A stretch of DNA of 64,000 nucleotides from a virus (IMGVR_UViG_3300046753_000522:37941-101940), one strand, 5' to 3'. Counted from the stretch's first letter, positions 29,253-38,560 are shown. Numbers and translations: made by a program. The notes: generated by a model from the sequence alone, not told the origin.

Positions 29253-29975
29253 TCAGAAACCCTGTTGGATATCGTCTTTACTGAGAGTTCTTGCTTCCAT
29301 GAATGTCAGGGAAATGTCAGTCTCAGAAAAGTGTGCGGGACCACTTCCGCTTTGCAAGAAAGCAGCATTAGATGGATTGTAGTTTGTCTGGAATGCCTCA
29401 AGGTAGCAGTCTGAGAGTTTAGTCACGATATTGCTTCCACCTGTCTGAAATTGTATCTTGAATTTATTTGGAAACTTATAACCGAGTGCGAGGTCTGCAT
29501 AGGTGATATTGGCAGGGTACATCTCTGTACGAAAATACTTGATAATCTCTGGAACGCTCTGTGCTTCGGATTGACTGGTGGGGATCAATTTAAATGTGAA
29601 CTGAAACTGGCGCAGGTTGACCTGCTTAAACAGAGCACGAGTGTTGGGGTTTGGCGCGTTCAGATTTCTCGCTCTTGCTGCTGCCCCCGCACGTTCACTG
29701 AACTTCGCCACTGCCTGAGAGACTAACTGTTTTGCTGTGTCAGCGAGATTACCCTCGCTTGCTGCTGCATTAGGGTCTGACGTCCCACCCATTGCTGCTC
29801 CAATGGCACCAAGTTGTGCGTTCTCGTATTCTACCTTATCCGCAATTTGTAGACCGACAGGCATATACAAAGTACAAGTATCTCCAAGAGTGCTCGATGA
29901 CTCGGCACCTGTGACAACTGTGAAGTTAATCACTCCTTCATACATATTACGATTTTCGGGGAATACCAGTGCCAT
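29253..29975 (-). CDS. gp48: Baseplate tail-tube cap gp48
   Basis: LYMP, NP....LF..V.LR.F.F.FKL.P.S..EA, LTF.E. Confidence 0.82.
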   Translation of the reverse strand: MALVFPENRNMYEGVINFTVVTGAESSSTLGDTCTLYMPVGLQIADKVEYENAQLGAIGAAMGGTSDPNAAASEGNLADTAKQLVSQAVAKFSERAGAAARARNLNAPNPNTRALFKQVNLRQFQFTFKLIPTSQSEAQSVPEIIKYFRTEMYPANITYADLALGYKFPNKFKIQFQTGGSNIVTKLSDCYLEAFQTNYNPSNAAFLQSGSGPAHFSETDISLTFMEARTLSKDDIQQGF

Positions 29976-29986
29976 TCGTATGCTCG

Positions 29987-30017
29987 CTAAATAGGTTTAT
30001 CTTTGAGTTTATTTATA
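29987..30017. promoter_or_regulatory. Facing late promoters: CTAAATA (+, 29987-29993, for gp4) and TATAAATA (-, 30010-30017, for gp48)
   Basis: Both motifs lie in the 46-bp gap between divergent genes. Confidence 0.65.
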
Positions 30018-30021
30018 CGCA

Positions 30022-30525
30022 ATGGCGAACACTTATAAAGGCAAGTATAAAGTCAAGAACCGTGGAAAGTACAACGGCAACGCAGACGATGTTGTGTATC
30101 GTTCAGGTTGGGAGAAGCAGGTGATGATCTTCCTTGACGAGAATACTGCTGTAGAGAAGTGGAACAGCGAGGACTTCAAGGTCCGATACTTCTACGACGT
30201 CGATAAACGATACCATACATACTACGTTGACTTCTGGGTCAAATGGAAGAGTGGTGGAGTTACACTAATCGAAGTCAAACCCAAGAAGCAAACCGAACCG
30301 CCCAAAGTCAAAAACCCCAAATCAAAGCGTGCGCTCAACGAGGCATTCACCTACATTAAGAATCAGAACAAGTGGGAAGCAGCAGAGGCGGTTGCGAAGG
30401 ATAACGGATACAAGTTTGTTATCTGGACCGAGGACGAGTTGAAGGCACAGGGAATACTCAAGAGGCAACCTGGGAAGTTGAAGAAAATGAAACCGCTTCC
30501 AGCATTCAAAAAGAAGAAGCGTTAG
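30022..30525 (+). CDS. gp4: Head completion nuclease gp4
   Basis: YKGKY...N..KY.G....VVYRSGWE, Y.VDF, LIEVKP.KQ, NQ.KW.AA. Confidence 0.92.
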   Translation: MANTYKGKYKVKNRGKYNGNADDVVYRSGWEKQVMIFLDENTAVEKWNSEDFKVRYFYDVDKRYHTYYVDFWVKWKSGGVTLIEVKPKKQTEPPKVKNPKSKRALNEAFTYIKNQNKWEAAEAVAKDNGYKFVIWTEDELKAQGILKRQPGKLKKMKPLPAFKKKKR

Positions 30526-32462
30526 GTTCCTCGATATGCCCCGCGACGGTGAGTACGGTCACTTCTATCAAACGGACCAGGATTCACTCCTGACGTAACA
30601 TTATTCTGAACGATAGACTGCTGCTGGGAATTATCGGCAACGACTACGTTTGAGGCATTATCGTTCGCGATGTTCGTCGCCAGTTGGTCAGCAAGGTCGT
30701 TCTGTCTTGATTCCAACTCTGCACTCTGCGCTGCATTGCCTTCTAAACCGCCAGCGACGGTGGGTTTGCCAGAAAGAACAGCAGTGCCGTCAACCGTGCC
30801 CTGTTGTACAACATCGGGTCCACCAATCTCCATACCACGTTTACTTGGATCTTTACTCGCCCATTCTGCTGCTTCTGCATACGTGTCGAAGAATTTTGTT
30901 CCTGTCTCTAACGGCATTTCTGGGTTTGTCGCCCTAAACTTGCCACTCGAGGGCATGACCATCACATTCGGATTCTCTTGTGCAAGTTCGTAACCAGTTT
31001 TTGCAACTTTCGGTTCGCGAGACATTGCAGCAGGAATAGTCTTTGCTTCCCGTGTCGGTACAGAGATTTCCTGAAGAACTGAAGAAGTCGAGGCATCGTT
31101 GACAACTTCTGGCGTTGCGGGTGCTTCGACTGTTGCGCCCATCTGAGTGTCTAATGCTGCCTTTCGCTTTTCCCGACTGGCGATTTCTTGCAGTACCATC
31201 TTCTCATCTTCGGGCGAGAGGTCATCGTCTTTTACGATAGAGATTAACTGACTCGTCGGTGCTTCCTTGATCATTTCCTTATTGATCTCAGAGTCACCAT
31301 AGATGTTTGAGTCGTACAGTCCGCTGTTCCTTGCTGCCTTCACATTCTCCCGTTGCTCCTTTCTATCCATTGTATAGTCTGCTGCGGTCTTACCCTGCTC
31401 GCGAGTATCCTCGCCAATCATGGGAAGTCCAGGAACGTACTTTGCGATTTTATTATATACTGCTTTGAGTGCCGACATCATTTTGTCGATCGCCCCTGTG
31501 ATATCTTCCCACAGTTGCTTGAAACTCTGACCCACAGGTGATGCTGCGAGCATATCATACGTTTCCTTCAACGACTGACCGAAGTCTTCGAACAGATTGA
31601 AGAATACTTCGACTGCGTACTTTGCTTCCTCTACGATGGACAGTTTCTGCATCCACTCAATACCAAAGAAGTCGCCAATGGCGTGCATAATCCAATCAAG
31701 CGGAGCGAGTAGAGTACCAAGGAATCCAGCAAAGAATCCTTCGAGTGCCGCCATAAACTTGGACTGCATACCGTCACCTGCTTCGTTGAAGTAGTTGAAT
31801 GCTTCTATGAGACCGCCAATCGTTCCGATGACCAGCGTTAGCGGAATTGCTAATTTGCTGAGGGACTTGACCATGTTCTTAAGGACTTCAAAGAATTGCA
31901 TGTTCCGAAATCCGGACAAGAAGGTGAAGATTCTGCTACCCAGATTTGAGAAGAAGTTGCCTATTGCCCTGAATGGTTTTAAGTAAGTGTCTTTGTTTCC
32001 AAGAAACTGTTTGGCGACAATCATTGTTGCAGCGATTTCGCCTGCTGTTTCTATCAACTCTTTTATGGTGTTTCCAAGACCACTAAGTGCCTTTGATCCA
32101 GAAGGACCGCGTTTCAATCCTGACTGGAAAGAATCTTTGACTGACTCTCCGAACCCTTTCTTCTTTCCACTCTGCACCTCACCCTTCTCTTCGCGATCTC
32201 TTTCTTTGTCTTGCTGCTTTTGGTACTCAAGAGCAGCGTCGAAGGAACCAGTGATACCCTCAACGATATCTTGCGAAAACTTTTCGAGGGACTCTTGTAT
32301 GGCAGGTTGCTCTAGCATACGCCCAACCTTTACGTCGATTGCGCTTGCAACACTTTCAATACCGATAAGTGCTTCCAAGTGCATATCAGTTGTGTCGTGT
32401 ATTAACTGATTTATCACTTGGAGTTCGGAGACAACGCCTTGGATGGTTGCTTCTTCTGCCAT
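30522..32462 (-). CDS. Baseplate hub / tape-measure protein, gp29-like
   Basis: 646 aa, helical and hydrophobic middle, Asn/Val-rich C-terminus; follows gp26/gp51. Confidence 0.6.
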   Translation of the reverse strand: MAEEATIQGVVSELQVINQLIHDTTDMHLEALIGIESVASAIDVKVGRMLEQPAIQESLEKFSQDIVEGITGSFDAALEYQKQQDKERDREEKGEVQSGKKKGFGESVKDSFQSGLKRGPSGSKALSGLGNTIKELIETAGEIAATMIVAKQFLGNKDTYLKPFRAIGNFFSNLGSRIFTFLSGFRNMQFFEVLKNMVKSLSKLAIPLTLVIGTIGGLIEAFNYFNEAGDGMQSKFMAALEGFFAGFLGTLLAPLDWIMHAIGDFFGIEWMQKLSIVEEAKYAVEVFFNLFEDFGQSLKETYDMLAASPVGQSFKQLWEDITGAIDKMMSALKAVYNKIAKYVPGLPMIGEDTREQGKTAADYTMDRKEQRENVKAARNSGLYDSNIYGDSEINKEMIKEAPTSQLISIVKDDDLSPEDEKMVLQEIASREKRKAALDTQMGATVEAPATPEVVNDASTSSVLQEISVPTREAKTIPAAMSREPKVAKTGYELAQENPNVMVMPSSGKFRATNPEMPLETGTKFFDTYAEAAEWASKDPSKRGMEIGGPDVVQQGTVDGTAVLSGKPTVAGGLEGNAAQSAELESRQNDLADQLATNIANDNASNVVVADNSQQQSIVQNNVTSGVNPGPFDRSDRTHRRGAYRGT

Positions 32463-32487
32463 TTTTGGGACTCTTATTATTTTGCTT

Positions 32488-32495
32488 TATTTATA
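32488..32495 (-). promoter_or_regulatory. T4-type late promoter TATAAATA
   Basis: Exact consensus upstream of the gp29-like gene. Confidence 0.8.
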
Positions 32496-32690
32496 CTATC
32501 GTTGCGATTGTTTAGCGAGTTCCATCCTCTCTTTCTCTTCCTTGATGTACTCGATGAGAAGAGTCACATAGACCTGCCTTTCCCATGGTAACATAGTTTC
32601 TAACTCTGACAAGGAATACTTGTGGTGTTGCATCAGGGCAAAGTTAGTCTTGTAATGGTTTACAAGATTATCATGAGAAAGGCATATCAG
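32496..32690 (-). CDS. gp51: Baseplate hub assembly catalyst gp51-like (probably reached by -1 frameshift from gp26)
   Basis: Not in the ORF track. Reads LICLSHDNLVNHYKTNFALMQHHKYSLSELETMLPWERQVYVTLL...; first ATG only at 32633. Confidence 0.75.
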   Translation of the reverse strand: MICLSHDNLVNHYKTNFALMQHHKYSLSELETMLPWERQVYVTLLIEYIKEEKERMELAKQSQR

Positions 32691-33394
32691 AAAAAATCAG
32701 ATAGACCCTTTAACTCCAGTTCGTTCTTCTCAGTACAGTGCTGACACAGAAACTCCGCTTTATGTTTCAGTGCGGGCATATCCTCGATAAAACTCGTGAT
32801 ATTCTTCAACTGCGCGGCGGTCATAGAAGAAACGAAGTCGAGAATATCCTCCCTGCTCTCATCAGAGCAGTCAATTCTCTCATCGTTCGTATGGATAGCA
32901 ACCATGCAGTTAACGACCACTTCCAGTGCCTTCTCGAATTCGTCGCCTTCCTTTTCTTGCTCGAGCATAACGTCGTACGAGGGATACCGCATCTCTACGC
33001 GAATGTTGTCCGTGACTTCTCGAAGATTTTGTCCAACGGGAACCTCAATCTCTAACTCGTCGAGGTCGATTTGGTATTCATTTTGTTCTTCGCACTTCTT
33101 ACAGTTGATCAAGATCGTCGAGACTTCGCCAACCGACTTCGCGCGTACCTGCGTGAACATGTACTCAACGTCGAAGGTCGCAAGTTTTGCGACATTGATG
33201 CCTTCCCTTGGATCAATGGTTGCGGAAAGAGTATCCGTCATTGCCTGCAAACAAGTTGAGGCATCCTTTGACTCGAATGCTTGAAGTAGAACCTTTTCTT
33301 CTTGGACCAGATATGGTCGATACTTGACTTGCTTTCCCAGTGATGGGATTGTCATGACAAAGTTTAGGTGCTCATTAATTTTTGGTAATGCCAT
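32687..33394 (-). CDS. gp26: Baseplate hub assembly protein gp26
   Basis: MALPKI, VKYRPYLV.EEK.LL.A, FDVEY.F..RAKSVGE, two CxxC, ends GLSDFF. Confidence 0.9.
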   Translation of the reverse strand: MALPKINEHLNFVMTIPSLGKQVKYRPYLVQEEKVLLQAFESKDASTCLQAMTDTLSATIDPREGINVAKLATFDVEYMFTQVRAKSVGEVSTILINCKKCEEQNEYQIDLDELEIEVPVGQNLREVTDNIRVEMRYPSYDVMLEQEKEGDEFEKALEVVVNCMVAIHTNDERIDCSDESREDILDFVSSMTAAQLKNITSFIEDMPALKHKAEFLCQHCTEKNELELKGLSDFF

Positions 33395-33409
33395 AATTTA
33401 ACTCCGATA

Positions 33410-33958
33410 TCAACTCGCTTCATAATTTGTGTATTGTAGGGTGACAGTAAACTCCGCTGCTGCTGTTGCTGCCTGATTTGTCAGATCGATTTCACTGACG
33501 TTAACTGGATATGCTTCGGTCAACTTGACCTTGTAAACGGGTGCCTGCAGTTTATCCAACTGTATAATTGTCACCTGCTTTCCATATTCTTGCAGGAAAC
33601 CTGCTGTGTATGGTGCGCCGCTACCGACAACGCATTCCATCCAATCTTGCCAATACTTTCTGGCAGTGTATTTATTCGTGAGATAGAAGGTCAAAGTGAC
33701 AGGGTTGAGTGTCTTACCGATACCAACCTTCTGCGGGACCATACCGATCTGTCGGTCAATAGTCACCACATCAACTCCAGGCATCTTGACAGAGGTGCAG
33801 ACCAGATTCAAATCGGAAGTGGTATAACTGCCTGCACTACCGCCTCCAGGTTTTGGTGTTCCGGATATCTGGGGAAGTTCTATCTTCCAACGAGACTCGG
33901 ACGCGACTCCGTTCTCGGTGTTTAGAAATGACCGGAGGTCATCCGTCTTAAATGTCAC
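33410..33958 (-). CDS. Tail-tube-fold protein (gp54-like baseplate tube initiator)
   Basis: C.SV.MPG, V.LTFY, I.QLD, L.EAYP..V..I.L, F.V.L.Y. Confidence 0.72.
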   Translation of the reverse strand: MTFKTDDLRSFLNTENGVASESRWKIELPQISGTPKPGGGSAGSYTTSDLNLVCTSVKMPGVDVVTIDRQIGMVPQKVGIGKTLNPVTLTFYLTNKYTARKYWQDWMECVVGSGAPYTAGFLQEYGKQVTIIQLDKLQAPVYKVKLTEAYPVNVSEIDLTNQAATAAAEFTVTLQYTNYEAS

Positions 33959-34557
33959 GATATTCTCCTCGCAATTTTGCGACTATCTTGATGAATCTTC
34001 TGTTCGCTGGACTTTCTCCAGAGGGCAAGTGGTAGGTGCACCGTCAACTCCCACTCGTTAGCAGGTACATGCGCCATTTTGCCAATCATCTGTTCGTATC
34101 TATATCTTCTGATGCACGCTTTAAATGCGCGCAATGAGTTTCTACTCTTCAGGAAATTGTAATCTATCTTTAATCTTGTGTATTCTGTGAAAACGGTAGT
34201 TGTTGCCCTCGGCAATAGGCGGTAGTACAACTGTTGCCTCAAGTCGATAGGCAAATAATGTAGGTTCAATCCCATGAAGTGTTCTTTAGAATGTTCTAAT
34301 AAAAATATCAACGGGAAACGGTCATAGTAAGGCAACTGCTGCGCAGTTTTTGGATAATAGAAGAACATGAACATTTGACCGACGATCTGTCTCTTTGCAA
34401 AGGGAAAATTATTCTTAACAGCGCGACGATCGGGCGGTTTCTGACCCGACATCTCTTCTACCTTTTCAAGAAACCATTCTGCTGACTTCTCCGTATTAGC
34501 AGAAATTCCTTTCTGCTGCATCTCTGCTTCTAACGATTTGAAATCGAGTGGGTCCAT
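33955..34557 (-). CDS. gp2: DNA end protector gp2
   Basis: G.MFMF.Y.PK....LPYYDRFPL, GLNLHYL. Confidence 0.9.
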   Translation of the reverse strand: MDPLDFKSLEAEMQQKGISANTEKSAEWFLEKVEEMSGQKPPDRRAVKNNFPFAKRQIVGQMFMFFYYPKTAQQLPYYDRFPLIFLLEHSKEHFMGLNLHYLPIDLRQQLYYRLLPRATTTVFTEYTRLKIDYNFLKSRNSLRAFKACIRRYRYEQMIGKMAHVPANEWELTVHLPLALWRKSSEQKIHQDSRKIARRIS

Positions 34558-34563
34558 GACACT

Positions 34564-34571
34564 TATTTATA
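34564..34571 (-). promoter_or_regulatory. T4-type late promoter TATAAATA
   Basis: Exact consensus just upstream of gp2. Confidence 0.75.
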
Positions 34572-34585
34572 TGGCATGCAGACAT

Positions 34586-34609
34586 AAAAAAGGGCGACCG
34601 AAGTCGCCC
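34586..34609 (-). terminator. Rho-independent terminator with cUUCGg loop after gp32
   Basis: GGGCGAC-TTCG-GTCGCCC-TTTTTT. Confidence 0.92.
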
Positions 34610-34629
34610 ATACACTTTCCAAGCAAGAG

Positions 34630-35544
34630 TTAGTCAGCGTTTGCCAACTTTTGGAAGTATGAGAATGCGTCGTCATCCCCATCCTCGTCCGATGCTTCAG
34701 CAGTCGCAGCAGCGGATACTGCTACTTCTGGTGCTGCTGCTACGGGAGCAGGAGCAGGTGCGGCGACCGTGTCAACGGCAACCTCTTCCTTCACAGTACG
34801 CGGAGCAGACTGACCCAAAACCTCAAAGAGTTTTGTTTCGAGTTGCTCATACGACTTATAGTTCTTGGGGTCAAGAAACTGGTTAATGTCGTGCAACTGA
34901 TTCAGTACTGCTTGCAGTTGAACTTCATCACCGTCGAGCAGAGGCGCAGGTGCCTTGAACTCTGAACGGTCGTAGTTTCGATAACCTTCAACCTGACGAA
35001 TCTTCAGTTGGAAGTCAGCACCCGCCCACAGATCAAACGGATCGACGGGGGTCTCTCCAGGAAACTGTGGTTGCATCAGGTCTTGTATCTTATCAAAGAT
35101 CTTCTTACCGAACTGATACATGAAGACCTTACCTTCGTTCTCAGGAGCAGAGGGGTCAGAGACAACCAGAATGTTTGTCACATAATGGAGTCGTCGCTTC
35201 TGCTTGCGGACTTGCTCGCGATCTTCTTCGTTGCCTGAGTTCCACAACTTGCTGTTGTACTCGCCGAGAGGATCCTGATTACCCAATGAGGTCAGGGACT
35301 TCTCGATGTACCACTTGCCAGTTGGTCCTTTGAAACCGTGATCCCAGTAACGTACCCATGGGACTTCTGCTTCAGCGGGGAGAAAACGAATGACAGCGTA
35401 ACCGTTGCCTGCCTTATCGACAGTCGGTTTCCAGATGTTGCTGGTATCTTCGCGTTGGTTATCGGAGGAACCGTTGCCTTCTTGTGCTGCGGCAACGAGT
35501 TTGTTGATGTCGTATCGACGTGACTTAAGAGATGAAATATCCAT
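34630..35544 (-). CDS. gp32: Single-stranded DNA-binding protein gp32
   Basis: WKP.VDK.GNGYAVIRFLP, HGF.GP.G.WYIE, FGKKIFDKI, acidic tail ending YFQKLA. Confidence 0.95.
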   Translation of the reverse strand: MDISSLKSRRYDINKLVAAAQEGNGSSDNQREDTSNIWKPTVDKAGNGYAVIRFLPAEAEVPWVRYWDHGFKGPTGKWYIEKSLTSLGNQDPLGEYNSKLWNSGNEEDREQVRKQKRRLHYVTNILVVSDPSAPENEGKVFMYQFGKKIFDKIQDLMQPQFPGETPVDPFDLWAGADFQLKIRQVEGYRNYDRSEFKAPAPLLDGDEVQLQAVLNQLHDINQFLDPKNYKSYEQLETKLFEVLGQSAPRTVKEEVAVDTVAAPAPAPVAAAPEVAVSAAATAEASDEDGDDDAFSYFQKLANAD

Positions 35545-35610
35545 ATCGTGTATCCTTTGTATGACTGTAGTATGGTTTAGTATGGTGTTCCTGTATCAGC
35601 GGAACAACCA

Positions 35611-35618
35611 TATTTATA
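35611..35618 (-). promoter_or_regulatory. T4-type late promoter TATAAATA upstream of gp32
   Basis: Exact consensus. Confidence 0.7.
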
Positions 35619-35642
35619 ATTCTACGCAAGTAGAATGAGAAG

Positions 35643-36263
35643 TCAATAGCGGGGCATAAGACTTTCAAACTGTGCCCAACTAATGAGTATTGTTCGGCGA
35701 CCCTGTAGAACAGGACTCGCTTCGTGAAAATAATATGCGGGAAATATGACAGTTTCCCATGGTTCGAGGTCAACAGTGTAACGCAGACTCTCATCGTAGT
35801 AACGATATCCGTCATCATAAATTCTAGTCTTTGGCCAAATGTAGAGGTGACCGCCTTCCAGGTCGTCCGTTTTATCGACCATGGTAACAGAAGTGAATAG
35901 ACGATTATGTTGACTGGCATCTATGTTATCATCTTGATGCGGTTTAAATGTCTCTCCATTACCGTCATATTTTACAAACTCGTATTGTGCGAACCAGAGA
36001 TCCTCTGGGTAATCATACGCCAATTCGTCAGTGAACTCGAGCATTGACGACGATATGTCGAATATTTCGGGGTTTTGTTTGTAATTGAATGAAAAGTTTT
36101 CGCAAAACCTGGATTCAGAATATGGGTTATCGCCATGCACCTTAGCACGTTCGAATTCCTTTCCCTCTAACGCATCTTGGTATTTCTCCCAGATAATATT
36201 CTTTTGTGCATCATCAAGGATAAAATCGCGAATGAGGTCACTATTCAACTGGTAATGTAGCAT
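35643..36263 (-). CDS. 2OG-Fe(II) oxygenase (prolyl-4-hydroxylase-like)
   Basis: F.PHQD, EGG.L, VIFP....HE..PV..G.R..L..W. Confidence 0.85.
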   Translation of the reverse strand: MLHYQLNSDLIRDFILDDAQKNIIWEKYQDALEGKEFERAKVHGDNPYSESRFCENFSFNYKQNPEIFDISSSMLEFTDELAYDYPEDLWFAQYEFVKYDGNGETFKPHQDDNIDASQHNRLFTSVTMVDKTDDLEGGHLYIWPKTRIYDDGYRYYDESLRYTVDLEPWETVIFPAYYFHEASPVLQGRRTILISWAQFESLMPRY

Positions 36264-36498
36264 GCCTCTCCAAGAAATTAAGTTTGGTCGCCTCTGCTTC
36301 GATCTTCTGCTTTAGAACGACATTCACATATCGTTTGACATCCTCTAACTCAATGCCGTGTTCTTCGCAAACATGGATGACCGCATCCATGTAACTCATA
36401 TTGTGACGCGATACGGTTGCGTCAACGAGTTTACGAAACTTGGGTTTCGTCATAAACTCAGGTTGATCTTCACCGTTCGCTGGATTCTGTTCCGACAC
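36241..36498 (-). CDS. gp33: Late transcription coactivator gp33
   Basis: SYMDAV...CEE..IE.E.V...V...LK.KIE.EA..LNFL; GTG start with GAGGAGG RBS. Confidence 0.85.
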   Translation of the reverse strand: MSEQNPANGEDQPEFMTKPKFRKLVDATVSRHNMSYMDAVIHVCEEHGIELEDVKRYVNVVLKQKIEAEATKLNFLERHATLPVE

Positions 36499-36661
36499 TA
36501 TCTGCCTCCTCTGGTAATGTTTCTGCACCTTTAATTGTGACAATTTCTGACTCGAGCAATTTCAACAATTCAGAAACTTCTCGATACGGGCGGTCGAGCA
36601 GATAACTGACCACCTTGTTGAGGGTATCTTCAGGGACACCCAAGTAATTTGGTTTACTCAC
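36470..36661 (-). CDS. Small hypothetical protein
   Basis: GTG start with AAGGAG RBS; YL..RPY.EV motif. Confidence 0.55.
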   Translation of the reverse strand: MSKPNYLGVPEDTLNKVVSYLLDRPYREVSELLKLLESEIVTIKGAETLPEEADSVGTESSER

Positions 36662-37241
36662 CTTTGTACTCCTTTTGTAGTTCCTGAGTCCACACTGCTC
36701 CGATGTCTGAATAGTATGTGCCCTGTACACGGTCGATTGTACCATCTTCTTTGTTGGAGGGAGCATAGCAAACGTAGGACATCGTGTTCGCTCGCTTCGG
36801 TCCATACTTATGGTCTAACCAGACACCGTCCCTAATCCAGATCTGTAGATTCTTCACATAGTTCTCTGTGATCTGATATTCCATCCTCTGTTCGCTGTCC
36901 TTCGACACTTTCTGTTGACGAATGCTTGACAGTTTCTCTTTCCACTCTTTGAGCACTGCCTTTGTATTGACAAGACTCAGAGGATGGTCGTCTGGAAGTT
37001 CCTGCACTCGAGGATGCACGTTTGTATTCTTCGCTGGCGCTCGGGCGGCACGTGCTTTGGCGAGTCTCTCGACAGCAGCAGCACGTTGCTCCTCGGTCAT
37101 AGGTTTACGTTTCTTGCGGGGTTTCTTAGGTTGTTTTCTTGGTTCAACCCCCATACGTTCCAGCATTGCCTTCTGCTTCTTCTCGCGAGTTTTTGCTCGC
37201 TTCTGCGCAGGAGTTAGTAGGTGGTCCATTTCATCCGACAT
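36654..37241 (-). CDS. Conserved hypothetical protein of T4-like phages
   Basis: ERLAKARAAR, LPDDHPLS motifs; start trimmed to the ATG at 37241. Confidence 0.6.
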   Translation of the reverse strand: MSDEMDHLLTPAQKRAKTREKKQKAMLERMGVEPRKQPKKPRKKRKPMTEEQRAAAVERLAKARAARAPAKNTNVHPRVQELPDDHPLSLVNTKAVLKEWKEKLSSIRQQKVSKDSEQRMEYQITENYVKNLQIWIRDGVWLDHKYGPKRANTMSYVCYAPSNKEDGTIDRVQGTYYSDIGAVWTQELQKEYKGE

Positions 37242-37506
37242 ATCTTCGCACCATTCCTTTGTATACAACCAGTTCGGCGATCTGAAAAGTCTCCCACTCA
37301 TTCTTTGAGATATTAAATGCGGTGAACTCTTCGGCAGGAGCACTGTTTGGATTCGCGGAACCTATCTTTGCCAGATGGTCAGGTATGGCGCCACGAATCA
37401 GAGTGTACTCCTCAAGATCCTCACCCAACTTCAGTTGAACGATACCGTGTTTCATGTGCTTGAGTATCAGTTCCTTAGTTGGGAGTTTGTTCTTCGCAAT
37501 GGGCAT
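37231..37506 (-). CDS. Hypothetical protein (possible SH3/WYL-like beta barrel)
   Basis: Start trimmed to the ATG at 37506; AFNISKNEWETF. Confidence 0.5.
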   Translation of the reverse strand: MPIAKNKLPTKELILKHMKHGIVQLKLGEDLEEYTLIRGAIPDHLAKIGSANPNSAPAEEFTAFNISKNEWETFQIAELVVYKGMVRRYVG

Positions 37507-37507
37507 A

Positions 37508-38095
37508 TTATTCCCCGTATGCAAACTTGGATTGCCAGTCGGAGATAAAGTCGTATTGGATCTCATGTAAGATCTCCCATGCCTCTTCTTCCTTACCGTC
37601 TTTCCAGTCGCCTTCATCTTCGTCATACAGTGCCTTTAACTCGGCGTCCTCTTCCATCAAAAGTTGTAGAAGATCGTCGTGCTCCATGTATGCTTCTTCA
37701 TCTTGACCGCTGTGGTCGTAGATAGCACAACCAACAAAGTTAGGCATCTCGTCCTCATAGGTCATAATGAGTCGAAAGTCCTTATCGACCTCACCGATCT
37801 TTTGAGAAATCATCTCACAAAGAGCATTGAGGGGAGACCAAGCAGAGTAATACGCAAATCCGCTTTCGTCAGCGTCAGTTGCATATGCCCACTTGGCACC
37901 AACTTCTTCGCACATTCTATTAAAGTCCCAGTCGACGAACTCGCCGTCTTTTTCTTCGAACAGAAAGTGACCCAAATGGGTCTCATAGTTATCTCTGTTC
38001 TCTGCTATCGTTCCCAGAACGAACGTGTCCCAAACTTTTTGACCTTCTTCGGACGCATTCTCGAGAGTGATGTAACCTGATACGTGATTTGCCAT
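37508..38095 (-). CDS. Acidic hypothetical protein (possibly DUF1281/YubB ferredoxin-like)
   Basis: MANHV, GAKW, SAWSP, YEDE pattern. Confidence 0.5.
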   Translation of the reverse strand: MANHVSGYITLENASEEGQKVWDTFVLGTIAENRDNYETHLGHFLFEEKDGEFVDWDFNRMCEEVGAKWAYATDADESGFAYYSAWSPLNALCEMISQKIGEVDKDFRLIMTYEDEMPNFVGCAIYDHSGQDEEAYMEHDDLLQLLMEEDAELKALYDEDEGDWKDGKEEEAWEILHEIQYDFISDWQSKFAYGE

Positions 38096-38122
38096 TTGTC
38101 TTTCCTCTAACCTATAAGAGAT

Positions 38123-38150
38123 ATTCTACTGAATGAGATTGAAAAGTCAA
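38123..38150 (-). promoter_or_regulatory. Sigma70-like early promoter
   Basis: TTGACT-N16-TAGAAT. Confidence 0.6.
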
Positions 38151-38468
38151 CTACTGCGTGAACCATCGATATAGACCGAGGGAAGCACCGATGCCAGCAC
38201 CCGCCACGGTGCCCACAAACGGAATGGGGACAAGAGTGCCTATCATGGCACCAGCAATCATACCGCCGAGCACGTGCTTCATGGCAGGAGACTTGATCGC
38301 TTCGACTGTTGCCTCTTTGGTTGCGGATCCGATTTCACGAACGTGCTCGTTCTCGCTGACCTCGATTGCTACATCTTTGGTCTTGGAACCCCAAAACTTC
38401 AACTTTGAACCGACTGCCTTGATCCGTGAAACTTTGATCTCATCGGCGAACATATCTTCTTGCATCAT
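38151..38468 (-). CDS. Small membrane protein with glycine zipper
   Basis: GGMIAGAMIG..VPIPFVGTVAGAGIGASLG. Confidence 0.6.
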   Translation of the reverse strand: MMQEDMFADEIKVSRIKAVGSKLKFWGSKTKDVAIEVSENEHVREIGSATKEATVEAIKSPAMKHVLGGMIAGAMIGTLVPIPFVGTVAGAGIGASLGLYRWFTQ

Positions 38469-38499
38469 TGTAGTGTCCTATTCACTCAACTATGGGTCT

Positions 38500-38560
38500 A
38501 TTATCCCGCATCTGGGGTACAAAGACAAGTTTAAGAAACCTGAACAAAATCAACAACTTA
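38500..38560 (-). promoter_or_regulatory. Sigma70-like early promoter with upstream IHF-consensus site
   Basis: TTGTCT-N17-GATAAT (38500-38528); AATCAACAACTTA at 38548-38560 matches WATCAANNNNTTR. Confidence 0.6.

Noticed and set aside
30022-30525. TnsA-like transposase or mobile element on the opposite strand
   Set aside because: Motifs and position match T4 gp4, which has this fold; no terminal repeats or partner genes
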